From the NCBI RefSeq assembly GCF_964355755.1, contig NC_092677.1, positions 1,138,101-1,202,100 on the forward strand: DNA of 64,000 nt. The letters are read 5' to 3'. Below, piece by piece: positions 1-12,952 of the stretch; positions within the stretch are counted from its first letter, which is position 1, and each line of letters opens with the position of its first letter. This stretch comes from Antedon mediterranea (Eukaryota; Animalia; Echinodermata). A program made the translations under genes and the position numbers. Below the pieces are notes generated by a model, which saw only the letters and a list, made by a program, of their open reading frames with translations, was not told the origin of the DNA and ran no database searches.

Positions 1-251
1 GTATCATTTACAAATTTAATCTAAAAAATGTATATATAATATGATATTAAAAAGTGAAAAGCAATTATAATGCAGGGATGTTATTTACATCAGAACCAAA
101 TGAATATTCAATATCCTATGTATTCTGTTATATTGTCAACGAGTACTACTAAACATTAGCAATTACTGTATTACAATTGTAGACATGTCAATTGTGTAAT
201 TCTAAACAAATGATAATCCAAGAACTGTACAGTATAATTTTGCCATTTCAG

Positions 252-1598
252 ATCTTGAAGTACCAGATTTGAAACCAGTAGAATTGCATGCCACATTAAA
301 TGAAACAGCGATATTTACATGTACTGAACTTGAAGGTTTACCAACACCAATTACTATCACATGGATCAAAGATGGCAATCCACTTGGTGTTTCTAATACA
401 GACAAGTATCCAACTTCTGATGCAACATTGACGATTAATAACGTTGATGAGACAGATGAAGGAATGTATCAGTGTAGAGCAGAGAATGCTGCTTACAGTG
501 GAATAGATGGGAAACTTAGTAATACTGCCACACTGTCAATAGGTTGGTGGGAATAAACATTTTAATAAATAATATATTTTATTAGCATGTCATAATAATA
601 AATGGAATATTCATATTACAGTATATTATGTCATGTGGTAACAAAAATAAAGCACAGGTAAACAGCGATAACTGAAAGTTTTAGTTTATTAGTCATTTTT
701 ATAAAATGAACGCATGACGTGTCGGATTATTGCTTGTTTATTTTCTCTTTTTTTAGCATTGGCGACAACTTCTTTTATATCCAGTAAGTCAACTACACGT
801 AGGTTTCGTTTGTTTGCATTGCATTGTAAATTTCCGGGATTTTGCATTTGCGAAAAAAAAAGGATAGCAATGGAAAGGGATATCCCTGCCCCATCCCCAT
901 GATCTGTATCACGCCTTAAAACGGAAAATAAGTATGACTTTGTATATTTGTCAACAATACATTATTGTAAACATGTTTAAAACACGGCATGGTAACCCGA
1001 ATCCTTCTGTGTTATTTGTTCAGTTTTAAGTACAGAAGTTCCAAAGAGAGAGAATGATTGTACTTCAACTGGTCTTGTTGTTGGAATGGCGTTTGTTGGT
1101 GTGCTTATTGGTTTCATTCTCTGTTTGCTGGTGGTTGTTATCATCAGCAAAATAAGGAAGTCACATGCACAGGTAAAGTATAATTTATAAAGTAGAACCA
1201 AAAGAAAAAGTGTAGACTTAAAATTATCAAAGGTTTAATGAAATACCGCACACTTAAGTAATGGAAACTATTTTAACATTAAATATGATTTTTATTTTGA
1301 AGTTACCTACATCGAAAAACACCAACCAAACAGGGCCAGGGGTAAGGATGTTACTTCAACTTTAAATATTCACTTTACTCATCATCATCATCATCATTTA
1401 TTATTACTATTTTCACCAATATATCAATAAAGATTTACACGATTTTCATTCTTTTTTCATTTTTTTTAGCAGCAGGCGTATATGACTTACACTGGAGAGA
1501 CAGATAAAGATACAAACCACACATACCAAGATTTACAGAAGAAAGACGATAATCAAGCTGTATATGTAAATATTAAAGCCAAAAAGGGCAAAAAATAA
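252..1598 (+). CDS. Ig receptor copy A, 5'-partial (leader and V exon lie upstream of the window): C2-stalk-TM-tyrosine tail
   Basis: Exons 252-542 (IgC2, FTC...TWIKDG...DEGMYQCRAEN), 757-783 (ALATTSFIS), 1024-1172 (TM GLVVGMAFVGVLIGFILCLLVVVII-SKIRK), 1303-1341 and 1470-1598 (QQAYMTYTGETDKDTNHTYQDLQKKDDNQAVYVNIKAKKGKK*). All AG/GT bounded with consistent phases. Confidence 0.85.
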
Positions 1599-2167
1599 TG
1601 AATGTTAAAATAAAAATAAATAATTTTTATTATTATTAATGGAATATCATTGGTTTGAATCTTCAATCACATACATCTTGTTGATTTTATTATAGAAATA
1701 AAGAGAAATCATAACCTGTAGAAAGTGTTTTCTTTCTCTCTTGATTTAACTCTTTAACTCGTACCGTACAAATTTAATAACAAGGAAATGTGAATGCTGC
1801 AATTTGTATCATCATTAAAAAAAAAAAAACCTATATATATATTTTTTTTTCTTACGGGTAGGCTTTTGGCAATGCTTTTAACACCAATACGCGTGTAATT
1901 TTTATTATCATAGCGTTATTTAATTCAATTTGACTTTGAGATGTGCATTTGGTTGCTTGCTGCCATATTTTTTCAAAGAGTTGAGTAATGTTCAAATTTG
2001 AAACGGAAAAATTTAATTATAGGTACAAATTGGACGGAGGTTTTAAAATTGGATGCGATTGAGGTTCATTTCTTTTAAAGAAAGACCATCAAGAAAGTTT
2101 GCACTGTTTGAACGCATTGTATAAATAAGGCCTAAAACCATGTGTTTAAATAATGGTTACTAATTGA

Positions 2168-2233
2168 AAAGATTAATTTGATCAACTTGATTTGGACGGA
2201 AGTACAGTGCACTCTAATTTTGAAGGAAGTAAA
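2168..2233 (+). promoter_or_regulatory. Conserved upstream block with two ETS-core motifs (CGGAAGT, AGGAAGT)
   Basis: aaagattaatttgatcaacttgatttggaCGGAAGTacagtgcact..tgaAGGAAGTaaa lies about 150-250 bp upstream of the leader exon in B, D (8491-8556), F (43838-43901) and H (52788-52851, first site mutated). Function is inferred only. Confidence 0.4.
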
Positions 2234-2418
2234 TACCTGTACAATATATCACAAGTGTGAATGGCAATCATGACAAAGACAGGAACAATCAATATTTCAG
2301 TATACGATGTTAGATTATGGTAGAGTACAAGACAATAGTGAAATAGTCATCACCTAATAAAGTGGAAAAGATTTCCATATTCTATAGAATTGCGATAGAG
2401 GTGAAAAGTTCAAATGCG

Positions 2419-4385
2419 ATGATTTTCCTGATTATTCAACTTTGTGGATGTAAGTACAAAATATTGAAAATATATCTTCCTTTTTTTCACAAAAAGAAGC
2501 AATCGTAAATTGCAGTGTTTATAATAATTACTGTACAGTTATTTTTTAGTTTTAGGTACACATGCACAAATTACGTCTGTGACAGTGGGTGGTGATACAG
2601 TTAAAGTTGGTAAGGATGCGACGATGACGTGTGGTTATACACTTTAAGCGGGAGATGTTTTGAATCAACTTGTTTGGTTCAGAGCAGAGGATGATGGTAC
2701 TTTAGAGTTAGGAAACCCTCTGGTATCTTTAGTTGAAACAAGCAATGGTCGTTATAACTTATCTAATGACAAGGATCTTATGATAAGTGTCGTTGAAGTA
2801 AATGATGCAGGAAATTATCTGTGTAGAATTGTAACACAAAATGTTCTAATTGCTGACGAATATTATCAACTTATAGTTCAATGTGAGTATAGGCTAATTC
2901 ATTGTCAGTGAAGCAATAATCGGTATGGTATAGTACTTTCTTTAGCAGCTTTCGTTCGTTTTTTAATATCATAGTTATACACATAACTTGTTAGACAATT
3001 CATTTTAGAGTCTCTAACAATTACTTTTAAACACTAGGCCTAATGTAAACATGATAAAAATCCTGTGTTGTGCTTGTATAGTAAGATTATTCTTTTGTTT
3101 TTCTAAATGTTTCAGAACCTTTTTTTTAAGCCAGAAGAAGGATTATCCATCATGATAAATGACACAGCAACATTTACATGTACTTCACGTGATGGTATTC
3201 CAACACCGATTACCATAACATGTATCAAAGATGACGTCATACTTGATGTGTCTAATACAGACAAGTATCCGTCTTCTGATGCAGTATTAACGATTAATAA
3301 AGTTGCTAAAACAGACGAGGGAGTTTATCAGTGTAGAGAATGCTGCTTACAGTGGAATAGACAGGAAACTTAGTAATACTGCCACACTGTCAATAGGTTG
3401 GTGAGAATAAACATTTTGATAAATAATATATTTTATTTGCATCATAGTATAAATATTTTCTGCATGTCATAATTATAAATGGAATAATCATATTACAGTA
3501 TATTATGTCTTGCGGTAACAAAAATAAAGCACATCTACAGCAAAATCTGAAGGTTTCAGTTTATTTTAGTAATAAAAGGCCTTTTGTAATATGAACGCAT
3601 GACGTGTTTTATTAATATTGCAATTTTCTATTTCTTTAGCATTAACGACAACTTCTTTTATATCCAGTAAGTCAACTACACGTAGATTTTGCTTGCTTGC
3701 ATGCATTGTATTGTAAATTTCCGGGATTTTGCTTTTGCGAAAAGAAAAAAGGGATAGAAACGGGAAGGGATATCCCCCGCCCCATCCCCATGCTCTGCAT
3801 GGGTGCTTAAAAGGGAAAACAATGATGACCTTTGTATATTTGTCAACACTACATTATTGTAAACATGTTTAAAACACATGGTAACACTGATCCTTCTGTA
3901 TTATTTTGTTTGATTGTGGTTTTTATCCTCAGCAAAATAAGGAAGTCACATGCACAGGTAAAGTATAATTCAGAAAGTAGAACCAAAAGCAAAAGTGCTG
4001 ACTTTAAATGACCAAAGGTTTAATGAAATACCGCACACTTAAGTAATGGAAACTATTTAAACATGAAATTTGATTTTAAAGGTACCTACATCGAAAAATA
4101 CCAACCAATCAGGGGTAAAGATGTTACTTCAACTCTAATTATTCAATTTCACTCATCATAATTATTATTATTACTATTGTCACCAATATATCAATAAAGG
4201 TTTACACGATTTTCATTCTTTTTTTTGCATGCACTAAACTTTTGTATTTTTTTTAGCTGCAGGCGTATATGACTTATACTGGGGAGACAGATAAAGATAC
4301 AAGCCACACATACCAAGATTTACAGAAGAAAGAAGATAATCAAGCTGTATATGTAAATGTTAAAGCAAAAAAGGACAAAAAATAA
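2419..4385 (+). pseudogene. Ig receptor copy B, pseudogene
   Basis: Leader 2419-2449 (MIFLIIQLCG). V exon 2550-2882 has a premature TAA at 2645-2647 (CAA in copy D). C2 remnant ~3107-3396 has lost its acceptor and carries W->C and a 5-nt deletion. Stalk 3640-3666. The 5' part of the TM exon is deleted near 3900. Micro-exon 4082-4114, tail 4257-4385. Confidence 0.85.
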
Positions 4386-5088
4386 TATACATGTTTAAAA
4401 TAAAAATAAAATAAATATATTATAATTATTAATGGAATATCATTACTATGGTTTGAAACTACAATCACATACCTCTTGATGATTATATTATAGAAATAAA
4501 GAGAAATCATAACCTTGAGAAAGTGTTTTCTTTCTCTTGATTTAACTCTTAACGCGTACAAATTTAATAACAAGGAAATGTGATGCTGCAATTTGTTTTG
4601 CATTAACTAAACAAAATATACAGAAGTACCTAGCCCCAGAATTTATCATACGGTAAATAGGAATATGTGATGTAAAGATGAAAACCATACACATATACTT
4701 GAAACATGAAAAAAAAGATAACTAACACGACTTTATTCAAAATGTTATTTCTTGTCTGTTGGCAATAAAACGTCCTTGTATTAGACCAATTTATTCGTTA
4801 CTTTGAATGTAATGTTTGACTGCATTATTGTATTGATAATGACCATTATACCAGCATAAGAAAGAAAATAAACTAGAAAAACTAGACAATTATTCTTTAT
4901 TAAGAATAAGTCTTTTTGAGGAGTAGTGATAACAAAAAAGTTTTGACGGGAGAGCTTAACAACAGTGAACGTTGAGGGCGTATGTAATTGAATCAACTCG
5001 TATTAGGACTACTTTCATAATCTAACAGAACAAGGAAGGACATCGATTTATATTCGATATTCGCTATACTAGTAATTCTGTCTTTGTG

Positions 5089-7895
5089 ATGATGACTTTT
5101 TGTTTGCTGCTATTTGTTCTTGTGTTTGGTAAGTACCAGGCTTTAATGTTGTGTGGGTGCTACTAAGTTGACATTTGATTTTCAATTTTTTTTTATAAAA
5201 CCATATACGTGTAGGCCTATAGTACTTTTCCGTCATTGTTTGAGATACAAATAATCATCATGCATGTTATTTTCGAATTGATAGAGGTCGTTCTAGCTTA
5301 GGTTAACAATTATAAAAGTAAACTATTAATTACAAAATCTTGAAATTTGCCGGACCATTGGTTTGGTTTGTGTGAGAACCCAGAACAGAAAACACAATAG
5401 AAAGAATGCATTCACTAGAATGTTGATTGTTGTCGTATCTTTCTGATTTTAATACTTTGCAGCATAATGTTATCAATTAATTAAATTTATTCACCTCCCT
5501 TAGGAGGAACATATAAAAACTGTACAGCAAAATAAAACACATTAAAATAAAGATTCCCACGAATCAATAGATTAAAATGGTTTTAACAAGTTAAATAAAG
5601 TGTCAAAATCATTGTGAAATAGGGCAGACTTGTTATATTTCAAAATCAAGTTAAGTAACTTATTTAGTTTCAGATACATGTGCACAAACACAAGTGACAG
5701 TGGATGCTGGTACAGCAAAATTTGATGAATCTGCAACAATGACGTGTACTTATACACTTCTACAAGGAGATTCATTGCTACAACTGGTTTGGGTAAAAGC
5801 TGATGATAGTGGTCAAGCAGTAGGAAGTGCTCTTGTCACTACAGGACAACCAACCAATGGTCGATACAGTTTATCTAATAATAATCTTATAATAACTGAT
5901 GTTGAACGAGGTGATACAGACAACTATCGTTGTGCTGTTAGCACCAATGGTGGAAATAGTGGCGACGACTTTGCTAATCTCACAGTCTATTGTGAGTATT
6001 TTTAATAGTAAAAATGATTTTTTTTAAATAAATATTTTTATTCCAGGTACTGTACATTACATGTCAGTTAGTACAGTAATTTTAATTTCATCCTTTGAAT
6101 CATAAGTTTCACAATCAGAAAGAAAAAAAATAAAACCAATAATTTGGATAAAAAGTAAAAAAGTATCATCATCTATTGTGATATACAATCTATTTTTGTG
6201 GTATGATGGTAATTTACTTCCCAATTGATGTGTTTGCTTTTTAGAATATAATGTAACCATAATGGTATCATTTACAAATTTAATCTAAAAAATGTATATA
6301 TAATATGATATTAAAAATTGAAAAGCAATTATAATGCAGGGATGTTATTTACATCAGAACCAAATGAATATTCAATATCCTATGTATTCTGTTATATTGT
6401 CAAAGAGTACTACTAAACATTAGCAATTACTGTATTACAATTGTAGACATGTCAATTGTGTAATTCTAAACAAATGATAATCCAAGAACTGTACAGTATA
6501 ATTTTGCCATTTCAGATCTTGAAGTACCAGATTTGAAACCAGTAGAATTGCATGCCACATTAAATGAAACAGCGATATTTACATGTACTGAACTTGAAGG
6601 TTTACCAACACCAATTACTATCACATGGATCAAAGATGGCAATCCACTTGGTGTTTCTAATACAGACAAGTATCCAACTTCTGATGCAACATTGACGATT
6701 AATAACGTTGATGAGACAGATGAAGGAATGTATCAGTGTAGAGCAGAGAATGCTGCTTATATGGGAGAAGAAGGAAAACTTAGTAATACTGCCACACTGT
6801 CAATAGGTTTGTGGGAATAAATATTTTAATAAATAATGTATTTTATTAGCATCATTGTATACGTATTTTCTGCACGTCATAATTATAAATAGAATATTCA
6901 TATTACAGTATATTATGTCATGTGGTAACAAAAATAAAGCACAGCGAAAACAGCGATAACTGAAAGTTTTAGTTTATTAAAGTCATTTTTATAAAATGAA
7001 CGCATGACGTGTCGGATTATTGCTTGTTTATTTTCTATTTCTTTAGCATTGGCGACAACTTCTTTTATATCCAGTAAGTCAACTACACGTAGGTTTCGTT
7101 TGTTTGCATTGCATTGTAAATTTCCGGGATTTTGCATTTGCGAAAAAAAAAGGATAGCAATGGAAAGGGATATCCCTGCCCCATCCCCATAATCTGTATC
7201 ACGCCTTAAAAGGGAAAATAAGTATGACTTTGTATATTTGTCAACACTACATTATTGTAAACATGTTTAAAACACGGCATGGTAACCCGAATCCTTCTGT
7301 GTTATTTGTTCAGTTTTAAGTACAGAAGTTCCAAAGAGAGAAAATGATTGTACTTCAACTGGTCTTGTTGTTGGAATGGCGTTTGTTGGTGTGCTCATTG
7401 GATTCATTATATGTTTGATTGTGGTTTTTATCATCAGCAAAATAAGGAAGTCACATGCACAGGTAAAGTACAATTCATAAAGTAGAACCAAAAGCAAAAG
7501 TGTAGACTTAAAATGACGAAAGGTTTAATGAAATACCGCACACTTAAGTAATGGACACTATTTTAACATTAGATATGATGTTTTATTTTGAAGTTACCTA
7601 CATCGAAAAACACCAACCAAACAGGGCCAGGGGTAAGGATGTTACTTCAACTTTAAATATTCACTTTACTCATCATCATCATCATCATTTATTATTACTA
7701 TTGTCACCAATATATCAATAAAGATTTACACGATTTTCATTCTGTTTTCATTTTTTTTAGCAGCAGGCGTATATGACTTACACTGGAGAGACAGATAATA
7801 AAGATACAAACCACACATACCAAGATTTACAGAAGAAAGACGATAATCAAGCTGTATATGTGAATATTAAAGCCAAAAAGGGCAAAAAATTATGA
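5089..7895 (+). CDS. Ig receptor copy C, apparently intact type I membrane protein (signal-V-C2-stalk-TM-Tyr tail)
   Basis: Exons 5089-5128 (MMTFCLLLFVLVF), 5668-5991 (IgV: TMTCTY..QLVW..NGRYSL..DTDNYRC..LTVY), 6516-6806 (C2), 7047-7073, 7314-7462 (TM), 7594-7632 and 7761-7895 (tail with YQDL and YVNI, ends KKL*). The frame is open across all junctions. Confidence 0.85.
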
Positions 7896-9917
7896 ATGTT
7901 AAAATAAAAATAAATAATTTTTATTATTATTAATGGAATATCATTGGTTTGAATCTTCAATCACATACCTCTTGTTGATTTTATTATAGAATAAAGAGAA
8001 ATCATAACCTGTAGAAAGTGTTTTCTTTCTTTTGATTTAACTCTTTAACGCGTACAAATTTAATAACAAGGAAATGTGAATGCTGCAATTTGTATCATCA
8101 TTAAAAAAAAAACCTATATATATATTTTTTTTTTCTTACGGGTAGGCCTACATTGACATAATAAATGACTATACCAGGAAAATAAATTAGACAATAAATG
8201 CTTTTAACACCAATACGCGTGTAATTTATATTTTCATAGCGTCAAATTCAATTTGACTTTGAGATGTGCATTTGGTTGCTTGCTGCCATATTTTTTCAAA
8301 GAGTTGAGTAATGTTCAAATTTGAAACGGAAAAATTTAATTATAGGTACAAATTGGACGGAGGTTTTAAAATTGGATGCGATTGAGGTTCATTTCTTTTA
8401 AAGAAAGACCATCAAGAAAGTTTGCACTGTTTGAACGCATTGTATAAATAAGGCCTAAAACCATGTGTTTAAATAATGGTTACTAATTGAAAAGATTAAT
8501 TTGATCAACTTGATTTGGACGGAAGTACAGTGCACTATAATTATGAAGGAAGTAAATACCTGTACAATATATCACAAGCGTGAATGGCAATCATGACAAA
8601 GACAGGAACAATCAATATTTCAGTATACGATGTTAGAGTATGGTAGAGTACAAGACAATAGTGAAATAGTCATCACCTAATAAAGTGGAAAAGATTTCCA
8701 TAGTCTATAGAATTGCGATAGAGGTGAAAAGTTCAAATGCGATGATTTTCCTGATTATTCAACTTTGTGGATGTAAGTACAAAATATTGAAAATATATCT
8801 TCCCTTTTTTCACAAAAAGACGTAATCGTAAATTGCAGTATTTATAATAACTAGATGGTACGCTCGCTTCGCTCGCGTACCATCTAGGTCGTGCCCACAG
8901 ATAGTTCTCGAATACATTATAATTTCAGCGTTAAAAAACTGGTGATTTCAAATGTACAATAATGCAGGACAATAATACATGTCGTTTACAGGAACGAATA
9001 AATAAATAGACACTGTGATTTATGTGCTCAACTAAAATTAGCACCCTGGGAATTACTTCCGAAAGAGAAACTTGTCACAAAATGAAACCAATTGTTTAAG
9101 TCAAATTTAAACAAACTTAATTTGTGTTTTGTATGTAACATTATGGTTGAGGGATGGGGAAGAGGATGGGTGCAAAGAGGAACAATTTTTAAATATATTC
9201 TTTATCCATTTAGTAACGATATATTAATTGTTTTCATGTTTTACAAATAATATACCACTAAACACAGTAAAACATTGCGATGTAATTACCTTGTTGAAAC
9301 TATCACCGTCCTAGTCGATTGAAATAGTACAGTACATGTAACGATACACTACGACGTATATATGTTTATATAATGTTAAACAATTTGTGAAAACCACCTC
9401 TATTCGGGGCAAATCATAAATTTGATTTAATCGTTAATAAATATTAAATTATCTAACTCAACTTAATTAGTAGGCCTAATGGTTTTCAATTGTTTCTAGA
9501 GCCAATTCATACTTAAGTTGGTTCCTACCCTACCCACCAAATTTGTTGTTGATCCTTCGTACCACCGTAGGCCTATCCTCTACTGGCTTTACAACAACGC
9601 TACTCATGCCAGTGAGGGAAGGGTGATGATGTGGGTGGTTTCCGGGGTGGTTTAACTGCAATAATAAAGATCTGTACATAATATACGTCGACTGAAAACG
9701 CTAGCTCATTATCCGTTAAAAAAATCTATATCCAACCTCTGCAGCACAGATTGAAAAAAAAAATTGATCGAATTTCTGTTATGAGTATACAGTACTTGCC
9801 GTTACGACGCCTGAGGGAATAGACACTTGTGGAACAGAGATTGAAATGTTCCATTCATCGCAAATCAATACATTTGTATAAACCTATATTAAATCTATCA
9901 AAATAGCATTTTTTTAA

Positions 9918-12400
9918 AGATGTATTGTCCCCCTGAAAAAATTTTTTTTTTCAATATTTTTGTTGAATAGGCCATTTTAATTGCACATAAAAGTTATTCA
10001 CTTTGACCTCAATTTGGATTGAAAAAAATATTTTTTTACACGGGAAAATCGCAATTTAATGCAAAAATTAACCAACCGGAAGCTATTTGTCTGGAAGACA
10101 AATGTGTTCCGGTTTAATTTAACCCTTGACCTGAGTTAGCTCATAAATATTCATATTGTATGGATACATCGTGTGGATGATGATGCTTTCCAAATCAACA
10201 GCCAACATTATAATTAACAACAACGATAGCAATGCATGCGTGCGAGAGAGTCGAGTAGTGATGCGAGACGAATCTTGAAGAAAACACGAAAACTATAGCT
10301 AGCAGAATGCTAAGTTAGAATTACAGTTGGTAACTTTGATGTTGAATCTTATTCATTTAGGTGAGTTTTTGTTTCGCTAACAGGAGAGGCCTAGCTAGGC
10401 CTAGGCCCGAATTTGCTGCTACTGTACTACTAGTCTACTACTACTACTAGCACTGACAGTCTCGAGTAGCCTAACTGCTGCCTACTTCTGTCTCTAGAAG
10501 TAGAGTGTAGTAGGCCTAGGCAGTACACTGCTAGCTAGGGCTACAGTAGACCACCACCAGAAGGGATGTATTTTTGTTTTAATCATGATGAATTGGTTTA
10601 ATTTTTAAAGATTTCAACTATCTATTCGGCAGTGAAAATAAAAAAAATAAAAAATATCTAAATAATTTTGTTTTGGATGTTTTACTGATGCAATATTTTA
10701 AACATATTTTCTGTATCAAATGCAATAGGTTCAAATTAACATTCCGCAAATAAACATTTTATGCAGATATTTTGACACAAATTTCTTTTTTTTTTAGGTT
10801 GATTGATTGAACAATAAGAGCAAGTAGTGAGAAACATAAAATGTATCGTACAGTGGCAACATTCACAATTTATTGAAACGTTTCTTACTATTAAAATGAC
10901 ACTTTGTAATGGATGTGAGCGATCTTAGAAGATTATAGCTGTCGTAATTACTGCCACAATCAACACATTGATAATTAGTAGACAAATTGACACAAAAAAC
11001 AATACAGGCATTCAATAAGATATACTGTATATATGTATTTTATTAACTCCTTTTGCACTGTAATATTTACAGTAAAATTATGTGTAAGTAAATTTGGAGA
11101 ATTTATCCTGTGTACTGTTGTAGTAGTTTTTTTTTATTTATTGAATGTTATGTTTACAAAATAATATACTGTACATATAATACAAAAAAAATTATACAAT
11201 ATTTTACAAGCTGGACAAGAACATATTGGCCGAATGCAGCAGGAGAGTCAGAAATATTTTTCCTGCAATATCCAATCATATTCCAATACCGAGTCTATCA
11301 TTGTTGTCTTTGGGTGACCTCTGTTCCAGTCTTCATCAGCTCAACGTCTTTAAAAAAATTAAAAGCAAAGTATGAAAATCTGGAAAAAATAGATCATGCA
11401 TATTTAGTGCAAAATTGGGCTAGTGAAATTGCTTACTTTGACATAGTCAAATAAGTATACTACCTTTCTATCGTAATTAAAACACATTACTTATAATGTT
11501 ATAACTTATAAAAAGAGAAAATAAATATTTGACTTACTAATACTACAGTACAGAGAACATTTGTTTGTGTTGTAAAATGGCTAAGCTGGCTTTTCCCCTC
11601 TGTCTACTTGTACAGTGCTGCTGGAAGGTTCTCAATTTCAGGCTTGTATTGCAACCATTTTCCCTGAAAAATGTTTGTTTTATTTTTATCATAAAAATTA
11701 GTTAAACAAGCTTCAACTAGTAAATATATATGGTACAGCAAGCTGGCTGTATTTTCGGAATGTAGCTAAGATTGATGGCATATAGCCTAGGCCAGTCTAT
11801 GAAGAGTACAATGTATAGGGCCTAGCTGGGCATCTTCTGCATGGACCCGATTGTCACAGTCTGCTTGCTACTAGCCTAGTAATATGCAGCAGCATGTATT
11901 AATTATTCTAGGCCTAGCCCTGAACTGAAAAAATCCCACGCCAAGTTAATTAATTTACCTTCCTGTTATTATTGCGTTATATATATTATTATATTTAAAA
12001 TAACCGTCTAGGCCTACTTACCGACAAATTAACAGCTCAGCTTTACATATTTATACGATCAGGCCAGGGAAAAACCCACAGTCGAGTCGCGTCGATCTCT
12101 GGTGGTGGTGTGTTGTTGTACATACAACGTGCATCGTCCATTGTTAGATCAGATCTCTGCTGTGTGGATGCTCATTAACATATCATGCATATGTATGAGT
12201 TAGCTCTACCGGCCTAATTTCTGAGCCGATGAGTTCGAAAAAATGGTAAACTTATTTTGATTTTTTTATAAGCGAAATCAATATTTTTTTCGGATTTTTT
12301 TTCGGTGGAAGTGAATAACTTTATGTTAACTACAAAACGGTCTATTCAAAATTTGATTTTTTTCATCTTTATTTTTTATTTTTTGGGGGACAATACATCT
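9918..12400. mobile_element. Non-autonomous Kolobok-like DNA transposon nested in Helitron unit 1
   Basis: TIRs AGATGTATTGTCCCCC...GGGGGACAATACATCT flanked by TTAA on both sides (9914-9917, 12401-12404). The empty site is seen in the other Helitron units (tttttaaagaaaatcggcc). A TTAA TSD with purine-purine termini fits Kolobok. A lone TIR remnant lies near 48857-48875. Confidence 0.7.
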
Positions 12401-12952
12401 TTAAGGAAAATCGGCCTGTCTTCAACATTATGATACTGTACTCGAACTGTTCAACCGGTTTTCAGCTATTAAAAACAATTATCGTAGGAGGAGATAGGAA
12501 AATGCGAAGTGTCCTCGTATTATCGTATGCGGGTATTCTTCAAATTGACATCCATTAGACAGTGTATACCGCGATCAGAAAGCACCCCTATTTGGGGCAA
12601 ATCGTTGAACCTAAATTCGTTTTAATCGTCAATAACTAATTATCGAACTCAATTTAATTAGTAAACAGGGTTACATCAGGTGGTTAAAATCAGTACCAAA
12701 AGTATGAACCAACTGTACATACCATCGAGTAAACATTCTAGAAATAACGCGCGATTTACCGATTTTTACCCTTACGTAAATTTATATATAGACTAGATGG
12801 TACGCTCGCTTCGCTCGCATACCATCTAGGTCATGCCCACAGATGGTTCTCGAATACATAGTAATTTCGGGGTAAAAAATCTGGCGATTTTAAATGCACG
12901 TACCGCAGGACTATAATACATTGCCGTTTACAGAAACGAATAAGTAGACACA

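Larger units (their letters stand above)
1..8850 (+). repeat. Recent tandem duplication with a period of about 6.3 kb: 1-~2530 matches 6265-~8850 (two-gene cassette, A/B = C/D)
   Basis: Position 1 (gtatcatttacaaatttaatct) recurs at 6265. Exons, introns and intergenic DNA are near-identical up to the Helitron insertion at 8851, and similarity to B resumes at 20647. Confidence 0.9.

Noticed and set aside
714-902. Recurrent small ORFs such as MTCRIIACLF... (714-902, 7004-7192, 51001-51207) and minus-strand ORFs over C2 and TM exons
   Set aside because: They are intron read-through around the 27-nt stalk exon or antisense shadows of real exons, and they recur only because the DNA is duplicated.
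1-8850. The 6.3-kb duplication as an uncollapsed-haplotype assembly artefact
   Set aside because: The copies differ by indels, a conversion-like patch, distinct inactivating mutations (B versus D) and large insertions. This fits real tandem paralogs, although read depth would be needed to exclude an artefact fully.
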